The translations under genes and the position numbers were made by a program. 64,000 nt of DNA. It comes from an uncultured Xylophilus sp. GTDB lineage: Bacteria; Pseudomonadota; Gammaproteobacteria; Burkholderiales; Burkholderiaceae_C. Shown here piece after piece: positions 40,847-51,275 of this stretch; the first letter of the stretch is position 1, and every line of letters starts with the position of its first letter. The stretch spans positions 1,248 to 65,247 of the forward strand of contig NZ_CAJYQL010000023.1 in assembly GCF_913776965.1 (NCBI RefSeq). Reading direction: 5' to 3'. Under the pieces are notes generated by a model. That model searched no databases and had not been told where the DNA came from. It saw only the letters and a program-made list of their open reading frames with translations.

Positions 40847-41635
40847 TCAGAACTCGCGCAGCACCCAGCTCGACAGGCACGCGAAATATTCGCGCAGCCA
40901 GGCGTTGTAGCGCATGTAGAGCGGCGTCTCGGCGCCGGCGGTCGCCACCTGCGACCAGCCGGTCTTGCGGGCGATGGCGGCCGCCCGCAGGGTGTGGAAA
41001 TCGCTGGTGACCAGCAGCATCGGAACCTCGCCGTTGTCGCCGTCGCGGCCGGCGGCCTGCAGCAGCTGCCGCGAAAACGCCAGGTTCTCCTGCGTGCTGG
41101 TGCTGCGGTCTTCCACCAGGATGCGGTCCGGTGCGAGCCCGCGTTCGCGCAGGTAGGCGGCCATGACCGCGCCCTCGGCGACCGTCTCGCGGAAATCCAC
41201 GCCGCCGCTGGTGACGACCACGGCCGCGGGATGGCGCTGCGCCAGAGCCAGCGCCAGGTCCAGCCGCCGGGCGAGCGTCGGCGACGGCACGCCGCGCGGC
41301 GTGCTCGACCCCAGCACCACGATGGCCTGGGGCGGCACCCGCAGTTGCGTCTGCCGGCCCGCCTTCTGCAGCGCCACGAAGAACACCGCTAGCGAGACGA
41401 GCCAGAGCGCACCGACCATCAGCCCGGCGCGCCAGGCCAGCACCCGCCACGGCACCGCATGCAGGAACTGCTGCCACCGGTCGCCCGCCATCGCCAGGCC
41501 GACCAGTGCCACGCCGGCCGTGGCCGGCAGCAGGGTGCCGAGGTGCGTCACATTGGCAGCGACTAGATAGGCGCTATGCAACAGCAGCAGCGCGCCGGCC
41601 GACAGCATCAGCCATGGGAGGGGACCAGACCGCAT
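40847..41635 (-). CDS. DUF218 (YdcF/ElyC/SanA-like) membrane protein inserted between pccB and pccA
   Basis: 262 aa from MRSGPLPWLMLSAGALLLL. It has 3-4 N-terminal TM helices. The C-terminal domain carries IVVLGSS...PSPTLARRLD...VVTSGG...EGAVMAAYL...STSTQENL...VTSDFHTLRA, typical of DUF218. Confidence 0.8.
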   Translation of the reverse strand: MRSGPLPWLMLSAGALLLLHSAYLVAANVTHLGTLLPATAGVALVGLAMAGDRWQQFLHAVPWRVLAWRAGLMVGALWLVSLAVFFVALQKAGRQTQLRVPPQAIVVLGSSTPRGVPSPTLARRLDLALALAQRHPAAVVVTSGGVDFRETVAEGAVMAAYLRERGLAPDRILVEDRSTSTQENLAFSRQLLQAAGRDGDNGEVPMLLVTSDFHTLRAAAIARKTGWSQVATAGAETPLYMRYNAWLREYFACLSSWVLREF

Positions 41636-41655
41636 GGTCGTGGGAATGCTGGCGC

Positions 41656-43188
<1,533 letters not shown>

Positions 43189-43236
43189 GGGGTCTCCGTG
43201 AATGTCCGTCGTGGATCGTCGGGGGTCGTTTACTAT

Positions 43237-44262
43237 TTAATCGATAGCACCTTGCGCAGGCCCCGCCTGCGCAGAGAGCAGATTTCTTGCCGCAGTCGAG
43301 GCCGCCAGCGTGCCGGCCCGCACCTCCGCGGCCAATTGCGGCAGCAGCGCCCGGACCTGCGGATGGCGGCGGAACGCTTCCTTCAGCCCGGCGTCGATGC
43401 GCTCCCACATCCAGGCGAGCGACTGCCGCTGCCGGCGGTGCGACAGCCGGCCGCTGGCGTCCTGCTGGCGGCGGAATTCCGAGACCGTGTCCCAGAACGT
43501 ATCGACGCCGCGGCCGAGCAGCGCGCTCAGCTGCACCACCCGCGGCTGCCAGGCGGTGCCCGGCCCGGCGTCGGACGCCCCGGCGTGCATGCCCAGCAGC
43601 CGCAGCGAGGAGGTGATCTGCGCCTGCGCCCGCATCGCGGCATCGGCGTCGATGTCGGCCTTGTTGATCACCACCAGGTCGGCGATCTCCATCACGCCCT
43701 TCTTGATCGCCTGCAGGTCGTCGCCGGCGTTGGGCAGCTGCATCAGCACGAACATGTCGGTCATGCCGGCGACCGCCGTCTCGCTCTGGCCGACGCCGAC
43801 CGTCTCGACGATCACGATGTCGTAGCCGGCGGCTTCGCAGACCAGCATCGCCTCGCGCGTTTTCTCGGCCACGCCGCCGAGCGTGCCGGACGAGGGGCTG
43901 GGGCGGATGTAGGCGCTCTCGTGCACCGAGAGCTGCTCCATCCGCGTCTTGTCGCCCAGGATCGAGCCGCCGGACACGGTGGACGACGGGTCGATGGTGA
44001 GCACCGCCACCCGGTGGCCCTGAGCGATCAGGTGCAGCCCGAGCGCCTCGATGAAGGTGGATTTGCCGACGCCCGGCACACCGCTGATGCCGAGCCGGAA
44101 CGAGCGGCCGGTGTACGGCAGCAGCGCGGTCAGCAGCGCATCGGCCTGCGCGCGGTGGTCGGCGCGGGTCGATTCGAGCAGCGTGATCGCCTTGGCGATC
44201 GCGCGGCGGCGCTGCGGGCCTTCGGCGCCGGTAACGGCGTCGGCCGACACGGGTGGCTTCAC
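43237..44262 (-). CDS. meaB: Methylmalonyl-CoA mutase-associated GTPase MeaB (ArgK)
   Basis: 341 aa. The GTG start overlaps the mutase stop (GTGA). P-loop GVPGVGKST; ETVGVGQSE; NKADI. It is the only real part of the 1493-aa track ORF 43237..47718. Confidence 0.9.
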   Translation of the reverse strand: MKPPVSADAVTGAEGPQRRRAIAKAITLLESTRADHRAQADALLTALLPYTGRSFRLGISGVPGVGKSTFIEALGLHLIAQGHRVAVLTIDPSSTVSGGSILGDKTRMEQLSVHESAYIRPSPSSGTLGGVAEKTREAMLVCEAAGYDIVIVETVGVGQSETAVAGMTDMFVLMQLPNAGDDLQAIKKGVMEIADLVVINKADIDADAAMRAQAQITSSLRLLGMHAGASDAGPGTAWQPRVVQLSALLGRGVDTFWDTVSEFRRQQDASGRLSHRRQRQSLAWMWERIDAGLKEAFRRHPQVRALLPQLAAEVRAGTLAASTAARNLLSAQAGPAQGAID

Positions 44263-46400
44263 GCGGCCACGGCCTTGCGGATCTGCTCCAGCACGTCCTT
44301 CGCGCTGGCCGGGATCGGCGTGCCGGGGCCGTAAATGCCCTTCACTCCGGCGTCGTACAGGAAGTCGTAGTCCACTCGCGGGATCACGCCGCCGACGAAC
44401 ACGATGATGTCGTCGGCGCCCTGGTCCTTCAGCGACTGGATGATCGCCGGCACCAGCGTCTTGTGGCCGGCAGCGAGCGTGCTGACGCCGACGGCGTGCA
44501 CGTCGTTCTCGATCGCCTGGCGGGCGCATTCCTCGGCGGTCTGGAACAGCGGGCCCATGTCCACGTCGAAGCCCAGGTCGGCGAAGGCGGTGGCGACCAC
44601 CTTGGCGCCGCGGTCGTGGCCGTCCTGGCCGAGCTTGGCGATCATCACCCGCGGGCGGCGGCCCTCTTCTTCGGCGAAGGCGGCGATCTCTTCCTTCAGC
44701 TTGTCCCAGCCCTCGGCGGAGTCGTAGGCGGAGGCATAGACGCCCGTCACCTTCTGCGTGTCGGCGCGGTGGCGGCCGAAGACTTTTTCCAGCGCGTCGG
44801 ACACCTCGCCTACGGTGGCGCGCAGCCGGATCGCGTCGATGCTCAGCGCCAGCAGGTTGCCCTGCCCGCTTGCGGCCGCCGCGGTCAGTGCGTCGAGCGC
44901 AGCCTGCACGCTTGTCGCGTCGCGCGTTTCGCGAATCTTCTTCAGCCGCGCGATCTGGCCGTCGCGCACCTTCACGTTGTCGATCGACAGGCTGTCGATC
45001 GCGTCCTCGGCGGCGAGCTTGTACTTGTTGACGCCGACGATCACGTCCTGGCCGGAGTCGATGCGGGCCTGCTTCTCGGCGGCGGCGGCCTCGATCTTCA
45101 GCTTGGCCCAGCCGCTGTCCACGGCCTTGGTCATGCCGCCCATCGCCTCGACCTCCTCGATGATCTCCCAGGCCTTGTCGGCCATATCCTGGGTCAGCTT
45201 CTCCATCATGTAGCTGCCGGCCCAGGGGTCGATCACGCTGGTGATGTGGGTCTCTTCCTGGATGATCAGCTGGGTGTTGCGGGCGATGCGAGCCGAGAAC
45301 TCGGTCGGCAGCGCGATCGCCTCGTCGAGCGCGTTGGTGTGCAGGCTCTGGGTGCCGCCGAAGACCGCGGCCATCGCCTCGATCGTGGTGCGCACCACGT
45401 TGTTGTACGGGTCCTGCTCGGTGAGCGACCAGCCGGAGGTCTGGCAGTGGGTGCGCAGCATCAGGCTCTTGGGGTTCTTCGGCCCGAACTCCTTCATGAT
45501 CCGGCACCAGAGCAGACGCGCCGCGCGCATCTTGGCGACCTCCAGGTAGAAGTTCATGCCGATCGCCCAGAAGAAGCTCAGCCGGCCGGCGAAGCCGTCC
45601 ACGTCGAGGCCCTTGGCGAGCGCGGTCTTCACGTACTCCTTGCCGTCGGCCAGCGTGAAGGCGAGCTCCAGCGCCTGGTTGGCACCCGCTTCCTGCATGT
45701 GGTAGCCGGAGATGCTGATCGAGTTGAACTTCGGCATGTGCTGCGCCGTGTACTCGATGATGTCCCCGATGATCCGGATGCTCGGCTGCGGCGGGTAGAT
45801 GTACGTGTTGCGGACCATGAACTCCTTGAGGATGTCGTTCTGGATGGTCCCGCTCAGCTGGGCCTGCGCCACGCCCTGCTCCTCCGCCGCCACCACGTAG
45901 CCGGCCAGGACCGGCAGCACCGCGCCGTTCATCGTCATGGACACGCTCACCTTGTCGAGCGGGATCTGGTCGAACAGGATCTTCATGTCCTCGACCGAGT
46001 CGATCGCCACGCCCGCCTTGCCGACGTCCCCGGTCACCCGCGGGTGGTCGCTGTCGTAGCCGCGGTGCGTCGCCAGGTCGAACGCCACCGACACGCCCTG
46101 CCCGCCGGCCGCCAGCGCCTTGCGGTAGAAGGCATTCGATTCCTCGGCGGTGGAGAAGCCCGCGTACTGCCGGATCGTCCAGGGCCGCACCGCATACATC
46201 GTCGCCTGCGGCCCCCGCAGGAACGGCTCGAAGCCGGGGAGCGTGTCGGTGTTCGGCAGGCCTTCCAGGTCCTGGGCGGTGTAGAGCGGCTTGACGACGA
46301 TCCCGTCCGGCGTGACCCAGTTGAGCGCATCCACGTCGCCGCCCGGCGCAGACTTGGCCGCGGCTTTCTTCCAGGATTCGAGATCGGGTGTCTGGGTCAT
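44259..46400 (-). CDS. scpA: Methylmalonyl-CoA mutase (single-polypeptide, B12-dependent)
   Basis: 713 aa from [14 protein letters not shown]. Motifs [18 protein letters not shown] and [14 protein letters not shown]-type blocks, plus the C-terminal B12-binding [12 protein letters not shown] (DxHxxG). Confidence 0.95.
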   Translation of the reverse strand: MTQTPDLESWKKAAAKSAPGGDVDALNWVTPDGIVVKPLYTAQDLEGLPNTDTLPGFEPFLRGPQATMYAVRPWTIRQYAGFSTAEESNAFYRKALAAGGQGVSVAFDLATHRGYDSDHPRVTGDVGKAGVAIDSVEDMKILFDQIPLDKVSVSMTMNGAVLPVLAGYVVAAEEQGVAQAQLSGTIQNDILKEFMVRNTYIYPPQPSIRIIGDIIEYTAQHMPKFNSISISGYHMQEAGANQALELAFTLADGKEYVKTALAKGLDVDGFAGRLSFFWAIGMNFYLEVAKMRAARLLWCRIMKEFGPKNPKSLMLRTHCQTSGWSLTEQDPYNNVVRTTIEAMAAVFGGTQSLHTNALDEAIALPTEFSARIARNTQLIIQEETHITSVIDPWAGSYMMEKLTQDMADKAWEIIEEVEAMGGMTKAVDSGWAKLKIEAAAAEKQARIDSGQDVIVGVNKYKLAAEDAIDSLSIDNVKVRDGQIARLKKIRETRDATSVQAALDALTAAAASGQGNLLALSIDAIRLRATVGEVSDALEKVFGRHRADTQKVTGVYASAYDSAEGWDKLKEEIAAFAEEEGRRPRVMIAKLGQDGHDRGAKVVATAFADLGFDVDMGPLFQTAEECARQAIENDVHAVGVSTLAAGHKTLVPAIIQSLKDQGADDIIVFVGGVIPRVDYDFLYDAGVKGIYGPGTPIPASAKDVLEQIRKAVAA

Positions 46401-46429
46401 GGTGGATCGCTTCGCGCCTTCGTAGTAAC

Positions 46430-46521
46430 CTCGCAATCTTCGCAAATGTCCCCGCGGTTTTCAATGGTGTATCGACAGTCCGACCCCCTTCCAGCCTTGC
46501 AAATTTGCGAGGTTTGCGAAG
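46430..46521. promoter_or_regulatory. Divergent scpA/regulator control region with inverted copies of a TTTGCGA-repeat element (candidate ScfR/PccR operator)
   Basis: Site A at 46430-46447 (reverse complement ATTTGCGAAGATTGCGAG) and site B at 46497-46521 (TTGCAAATTTGCGAGGTTTGCGAAG). They match at 15/18 positions in inverted orientation. Site B abuts the regulator ATG. Confidence 0.55.
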
Positions 46522-47970
46522 ATGACTAAGGCCTACATGGGCGTGCGGCTGAAGACGCTGCGTGAGCAGCAGGGCCTGACACAGGCGGCCTTGGCCGCCT
46601 CGCTGCAGATATCGCCGAGCTACCTCAACCAGATCGAGAACGACCAGCGGCCGCTCACCGTGCCAGTGCTGCTGCGGCTGCAGGCCTCGCACGGCATCGA
46701 CCTGCAGCTGTTCTCCGACGATGAGAACGCTAGGCGCCTGAGCGCCCTGCAGCCGGTCTTCTCCGGCGGCCCGCAGGCCGACGGAGTACCGCTGGCCGAG
46801 GCGAAGGTGGTGGCGAACCAGCTGCCGTCGGTGGCCCGGCTGCTGCTGGACCTGCACAAGCGCAGCCGCGCGGCGGAGGAACGGCTCGCCTCCATCGTCG
46901 AAGGCGCGGACACCGACCGCGAGGACGCAGGTCGCACCGCCCGGCTGCAGCCGCAGGAAGAGGTGCGCGAGTTCTTCTACGCGCGTCACCATCACTTGGC
47001 GGTGCTCGACGGGCTGGCGGAAGAACTGCATGCCGAACTGCTGCCCGACCTGCCGGCCGATGCGCCGCACGCGGCAGTGCTCGCGCAGCAGCTGCAGGCG
47101 CGGCTGGAGGCGCGCCACGGCATCCATGTCCGCACGCATGCCGCCGGCCGCACCGCCGACGCGGCGCTGCGCAACTACGACGCCGGCAGCCGAACGCTGC
47201 TGCTCGCCGCCGACATGGCGCCCGGGCAGCAGGCGTTCCAGCTCGGCGTGCAACTCGCCTTCCTGGAGATGGGCGACCGGATCGACGCCTTCACCACAGC
47301 CGAATCCTTCGCCACCACGCAGGCCCGCAGTCTGGCGCGGTTGGGCTTCGCCAACCATTTCGCCGGCGCGCTGGTGCTGCCCAACCGCCGCTTCCAGGAA
47401 TCGGCCGAGGCGCTGCGCTACGACATCGAACTGCTGAGCGACCGCTTCGGCGTCGGCTTCGAGACCATCGGCCACCGGCTGTCGACGATGCACCATGCGC
47501 CGGGTCGCGGCATTCTGTTCTTCTTCGTGCGGGTGGACCGGGCAGGCAACATTTCCAAGCGGCAGTCCACCGCGGACTTCCACTTCTCCCGTCATGGCGG
47601 CAGCTGCCCGCTGTGGAACGTGTACGAGGCGTTCTCGCGGCCGGGGGCGATCCTGACGCAGCTCTCGCGCATGCCCGACGGTCGCACTTACCTGTGGATC
47701 GCGCGCACCGTCGAGCACCGCCGCGGCGGCTACGGCACACCGAAGCGCATGTTCGCCGTCGCCCTTGGCTGCGACGCGCGGTATGCCGACCGGCTGGTCT
47801 ATGCCAAGGGCGTGAACCTGATCGACCCCGATGCCGCCACCCGCATCGGCGCCGGCTGCAAGGTCTGCGACCGGGCCGACTGCGCGCAGCGCGCCTTTCC
47901 GCCGATGGGCCGCACCCTGCAGATCGACGAGAACCTGCGCGGCTTCGCCCCGTACGCGCCGGGCATGTAG
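46522..47970 (+). CDS. Short-chain fatty acyl-CoA regulator family protein (XRE HTH + ImmA/IrrE-like + DUF2083; PccR/RamB-like)
   Basis: 482 aa. N-terminal HTH RLKTLREQQGLTQAALAASLQISPSYLNQIENDQRPLT. The large C-terminal domain carries a Cys cluster (CPLWNV..., GAGCKVCDRADCAQRAFP). It is divergent from the mutase/carboxylase operon. Confidence 0.85.
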   Translation: MTKAYMGVRLKTLREQQGLTQAALAASLQISPSYLNQIENDQRPLTVPVLLRLQASHGIDLQLFSDDENARRLSALQPVFSGGPQADGVPLAEAKVVANQLPSVARLLLDLHKRSRAAEERLASIVEGADTDREDAGRTARLQPQEEVREFFYARHHHLAVLDGLAEELHAELLPDLPADAPHAAVLAQQLQARLEARHGIHVRTHAAGRTADAALRNYDAGSRTLLLAADMAPGQQAFQLGVQLAFLEMGDRIDAFTTAESFATTQARSLARLGFANHFAGALVLPNRRFQESAEALRYDIELLSDRFGVGFETIGHRLSTMHHAPGRGILFFFVRVDRAGNISKRQSTADFHFSRHGGSCPLWNVYEAFSRPGAILTQLSRMPDGRTYLWIARTVEHRRGGYGTPKRMFAVALGCDARYADRLVYAKGVNLIDPDAATRIGAGCKVCDRADCAQRAFPPMGRTLQIDENLRGFAPYAPGM

Positions 47971-47981
47971 GGAGCCTCGGC

Positions 47982-48920
47982 ATGCGCGACATCGATCCGG
48001 TCTCCCTGCGCCTTTTCCTGGCCACGCTGGAGGAAGGCAGCATCGCGCGGGCCGCGGCGCGCGAGAGCATCGTCCCGTCGGCGATCAGCAAGCGGCTGTC
48101 CGACCTGGAGGACGACCTGCGGGTCACGCTGCTGGAGCGCGGCGTGAAGGGTGTGCACCCGACACCTGCCGGCGACGCACTGGCCCAGCATGCGCGCCAG
48201 CTGCTGCAGGGCATGGACCGGATGCAGCGCGAAATGGCGGGCTACGTGGACGGCTTGCGCGGCCTGATCCGCCTCGCGGCGAGCGTGACCGCGCTGTCGG
48301 GCGAACTGGCCTCGGACATCCTGCGCTTCCGGGGCCTGCAGCCGCAGATCGCCATCGACGTCGAGGAGCGCACCACGCCGGCGGTCTACCGCAGCGTGCG
48401 CGACGGGCTGGCCGACGTCGGTGTCGCCTCGGAGTTCGCGAGCCACGACGGGCTGCAGATGTTCCCGTACCGCCGCTACGCGCTCGCGGCGGTGCTGCCG
48501 GCCGCGCATCCGCTGGCGGCACGGCCGCATCTGGCGTATGCCGAGCTGCTCGCCCACGACCAGGTCGAGCTCGGCCGCGACAGCGGCATCAGCCGCGTTT
48601 TCGACGACGCGGCGCACGAGGCGCGCACCACCCGCACCGTGCGGGCCCGCGTCGGGTCGTTCGAGACGGTCTGCACCCTGGTGGCCCGCGGTCTGGGTGT
48701 CGGCGTGGCGCCGCTCTACCTGCAGGCCGCCAAGGAAAGCGCGCTCGGCCTGCGCTTCGTGCCGCTCGCCGACGGATGGGCGCGGCCGCGCACCTTCGTC
48801 GCGGTGCGCGACCTCGACGCGCTGCCGCCGGCGGCGCGGGCTTTCGTAGCCCACCTGCGCGCCAGCGCACCGGCGGACGCGGACAACGCCGCGGCCGGTG
48901 CGCCGGCGGCGGCGCCCTGA
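47982..48920 (+). CDS. LysR-family transcriptional regulator
   Basis: 312 aa from MRDIDPVSLRLFLATLEEGSIARAAARESIVPSAISKRLSDLE (winged-HTH signature). RBS GGGAG. Confidence 0.9.
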   Translation: MRDIDPVSLRLFLATLEEGSIARAAARESIVPSAISKRLSDLEDDLRVTLLERGVKGVHPTPAGDALAQHARQLLQGMDRMQREMAGYVDGLRGLIRLAASVTALSGELASDILRFRGLQPQIAIDVEERTTPAVYRSVRDGLADVGVASEFASHDGLQMFPYRRYALAAVLPAAHPLAARPHLAYAELLAHDQVELGRDSGISRVFDDAAHEARTTRTVRARVGSFETVCTLVARGLGVGVAPLYLQAAKESALGLRFVPLADGWARPRTFVAVRDLDALPPAARAFVAHLRASAPADADNAAAGAPAAAP

Positions 48921-49011
48921 GCGGCGGGTTTTCCCGAACGTCTCCGATCGCGAAAGCGGCGGTGCCGAGCGATCACTGTCGCGATCGATGGGCGGCGGTG
49001 ATCATGGCGCG

Positions 49012-50235
49012 ATGACCGATCAGCAGCCTGACGCCCCGACCCCGTACCTGCCCGCCGACCAACTGCCGCTGCGCGGCATCCGGGTGCTGGAGCTGTCGCA
49101 CATGATCATGGGCCCCGCCGGCGGGCTGGTGCTGGCCGACCTGGGCGCCGAGGTGATCAAGGTCGAGCCGCTCGACGGCGACCGTACCCGGCGGCTCAAG
49201 GGCACCGGCATCGGCTACTTCCCGGTGTTCAGCCGCAACAAGCAGAGCCTGGCGGTGGACCTGAAATCGGCCGACGGCCAGGCGCTGGTGCGCCGGCTGG
49301 CGCTCGGCTGCGACATGCTGATCGAGAACTTCCGCGACGACAGCCTGGCGCAGTACGGCCTGGACTACGACACGCTCGCGGCCGAGAACCCGGGGCTGAT
49401 CTACATCTCGCTCAAGGGCTTCCTGTCAGGCCCCTACAAGCAGCGCACCGCCCTCGACGAGGTGGTGCAGATGATGGGCGGCATGGCCCACATCAACGGC
49501 GCGACCGGCGCTCCGCAGCGGGTGGCGCCGTCGGTCAACGACATCCTGGGCGGCACCTTCGGCGTGGTGGGCGCCCTGGCCGCGCTGCACGACCGCCAGC
49601 GCACCGGCCGCGGCCGGCACGTGCGGGCGGGCCTGTTCGAGAACAACCTGCTGCTGGTGGCGCAGTTCATCGCCCAGCAGCAGCTGAGCGGCGCCGCGCC
49701 GGTGCCGATGGGCGACAAGCGCACGCCGCCCTGGGGCGTGTACGACATCTTCGACACGGCGGACGGCGGCCGCGTCTTCGTGGCGGTGGTGAGCGACGCC
49801 AACTGGCAGACCTTCTGCCGCGACTTCCTGCCGCCGCCCTGGAAGGACGACGCCCGTCTGCACAGCGCGATCGACCGCGAGGCCGCCCGCCCCTGGCTGG
49901 TCCCGGCGGTAGCCGAGGTGCTGCGGACCTGGAAGACCGCGGACCTGTGCGCCGCGCTGGAAGCATCCGGCCTGTCCTACGGTCCGATCCGCCAGCCGCA
50001 CGACCTGGTCGCCGATCCGCACCTGAACGCCGGCGGCGCACTGATCCCGACCACCATGCCCGGCGGCGAGCAGATCGCGACCGCGGCCCTGCCGATCGAG
50101 TTCGACGGACTGAAGGCCGGCAAGCGGCTGGACCCGCAGCCGACCGGCGCCCAGACCCGCAGCATCTTGGAAGACCTGGGGCTGACCGAGGCGCAGATCG
50201 CAGGACTCATCGCGGCCCGGGTGGTCGCGGTGTAG
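49012..50235 (+). CDS. CaiB/BaiF family (class III) CoA-transferase
   Basis: 407 aa from MTDQQPDAPT. GIRVLELSHMIMGPAGGLVLADLGAEVIKVEP is typical of the family. Confidence 0.9.
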   Translation: MTDQQPDAPTPYLPADQLPLRGIRVLELSHMIMGPAGGLVLADLGAEVIKVEPLDGDRTRRLKGTGIGYFPVFSRNKQSLAVDLKSADGQALVRRLALGCDMLIENFRDDSLAQYGLDYDTLAAENPGLIYISLKGFLSGPYKQRTALDEVVQMMGGMAHINGATGAPQRVAPSVNDILGGTFGVVGALAALHDRQRTGRGRHVRAGLFENNLLLVAQFIAQQQLSGAAPVPMGDKRTPPWGVYDIFDTADGGRVFVAVVSDANWQTFCRDFLPPPWKDDARLHSAIDREAARPWLVPAVAEVLRTWKTADLCAALEASGLSYGPIRQPHDLVADPHLNAGGALIPTTMPGGEQIATAALPIEFDGLKAGKRLDPQPTGAQTRSILEDLGLTEAQIAGLIAARVVAV

Positions 50236-50294
50236 CCCCATGCCGCCCCGCTGCTGACCTGCTCACCGGCTCACTACAACGAAGGAGACACGCC

Positions 50295-51275
50295 ATGCCC
50301 ATCCGCCGACACATCCTCGCCGCCGCCGCGCTTGCCGTGGCCGGCGGCCTGCCGCTCGCCGCCGCGGCGCAGGCGGCCGCCTGGCCGGCCAAGCCGATCC
50401 GGATGATCATCCCGTCCACCCCCGGCGGCGGCACCGATTTCATCGGCCGGCTGATGAGCACCAAGCTCGCAGAGGTCAACGGCTGGACGCTGGTGCCCGA
50501 GAACCGCCCCGGCGCCGGCACCGCGCTCGGCCTGGCCGAGGCGGCCCGGTCGCATCCCACCGGCTACGACCTGGTGATCGCCCAGACCGACAACGTCTCG
50601 CTGATCCCGCTGCTGATGAAGGTCGCCTACGACCCGGTGAAGGACCTGCAGCCGGTCGCGCTGGTGGCGACCACGCCGATGGTGCTGATCGTGCCGGACG
50701 GCTCGCCCTACCGGACGCTGGCCGACATCATCAAGGCCGCCAAGGCGGAGCCGAACAGGATCAGCTACGGGACCTCCGGCACCGGCGGCGGCGTGCACAT
50801 CGCGATGGAAATGCTGCAGCACGCGGCCGGCTTCAGGATGCAGCACATCCCGTACAAGGGCTCCGCGCCGGCGCTGGCCGACCTGATGGGCGGTCACCTG
50901 CAGTTCGCGGGCTCGTCGATCTCGTCGGCGGCATCGCTGATGAAGGCCGGCAAGGTGCGCGCCCTGGCTGTCACCTCGCCGAAGCGCAACCCCGCCCTGC
51001 CGGACGTGCCGACCGTGGCGGAGTCGGGCTACAAGGATTTCAGCGTGGTCTCGTACTACGGCGTGATGGCGCCTGCCGGCACGCCCGCACCGGTCGTCGC
51101 GCGGCTCAACACCGACCTGAACCGCATCCTGCAGATGCCCGACGTGCGCAGCGCGCTGCTGGCGCAGGGGCTGGAGCCGCAGCCGGTGTCGCCCGACGAC
51201 TTCGCCGGCCTGATCCGCACCGACATCGCCAAGTCGCGGGACATCATCGCCCAGGCGGGCATCAAGGTGGAATGA
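50295..51275 (+). CDS. Bug-family (TctC-like) tripartite tricarboxylate transporter periplasmic binding protein
   Basis: 326 aa from MPIRRHILAAAALAVAG (AAGGAGA RBS). It has a signal peptide. PIRMIIPSTPGGGTDFIGR and YKGSAPALADLMGGHL are typical Bug motifs. Confidence 0.9.
   Translation: MPIRRHILAAAALAVAGGLPLAAAAQAAAWPAKPIRMIIPSTPGGGTDFIGRLMSTKLAEVNGWTLVPENRPGAGTALGLAEAARSHPTGYDLVIAQTDNVSLIPLLMKVAYDPVKDLQPVALVATTPMVLIVPDGSPYRTLADIIKAAKAEPNRISYGTSGTGGGVHIAMEMLQHAAGFRMQHIPYKGSAPALADLMGGHLQFAGSSISSAASLMKAGKVRALAVTSPKRNPALPDVPTVAESGYKDFSVVSYYGVMAPAGTPAPVVARLNTDLNRILQMPDVRSALLAQGLEPQPVSPDDFAGLIRTDIAKSRDIIAQAGIKVE

Noticed and set aside
43237-47718. A 1493-aa minus-strand ORF that looks like a giant protein.
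   Set aside because: Only the last 341 codons (MeaB, starting at the GTG overlapping the mutase stop) are meaningful. Upstream, the frame runs out of phase through scpA and antisense through the ScfR-like regulator gene. It is read-through caused by the lack of stops, not a fusion protein.
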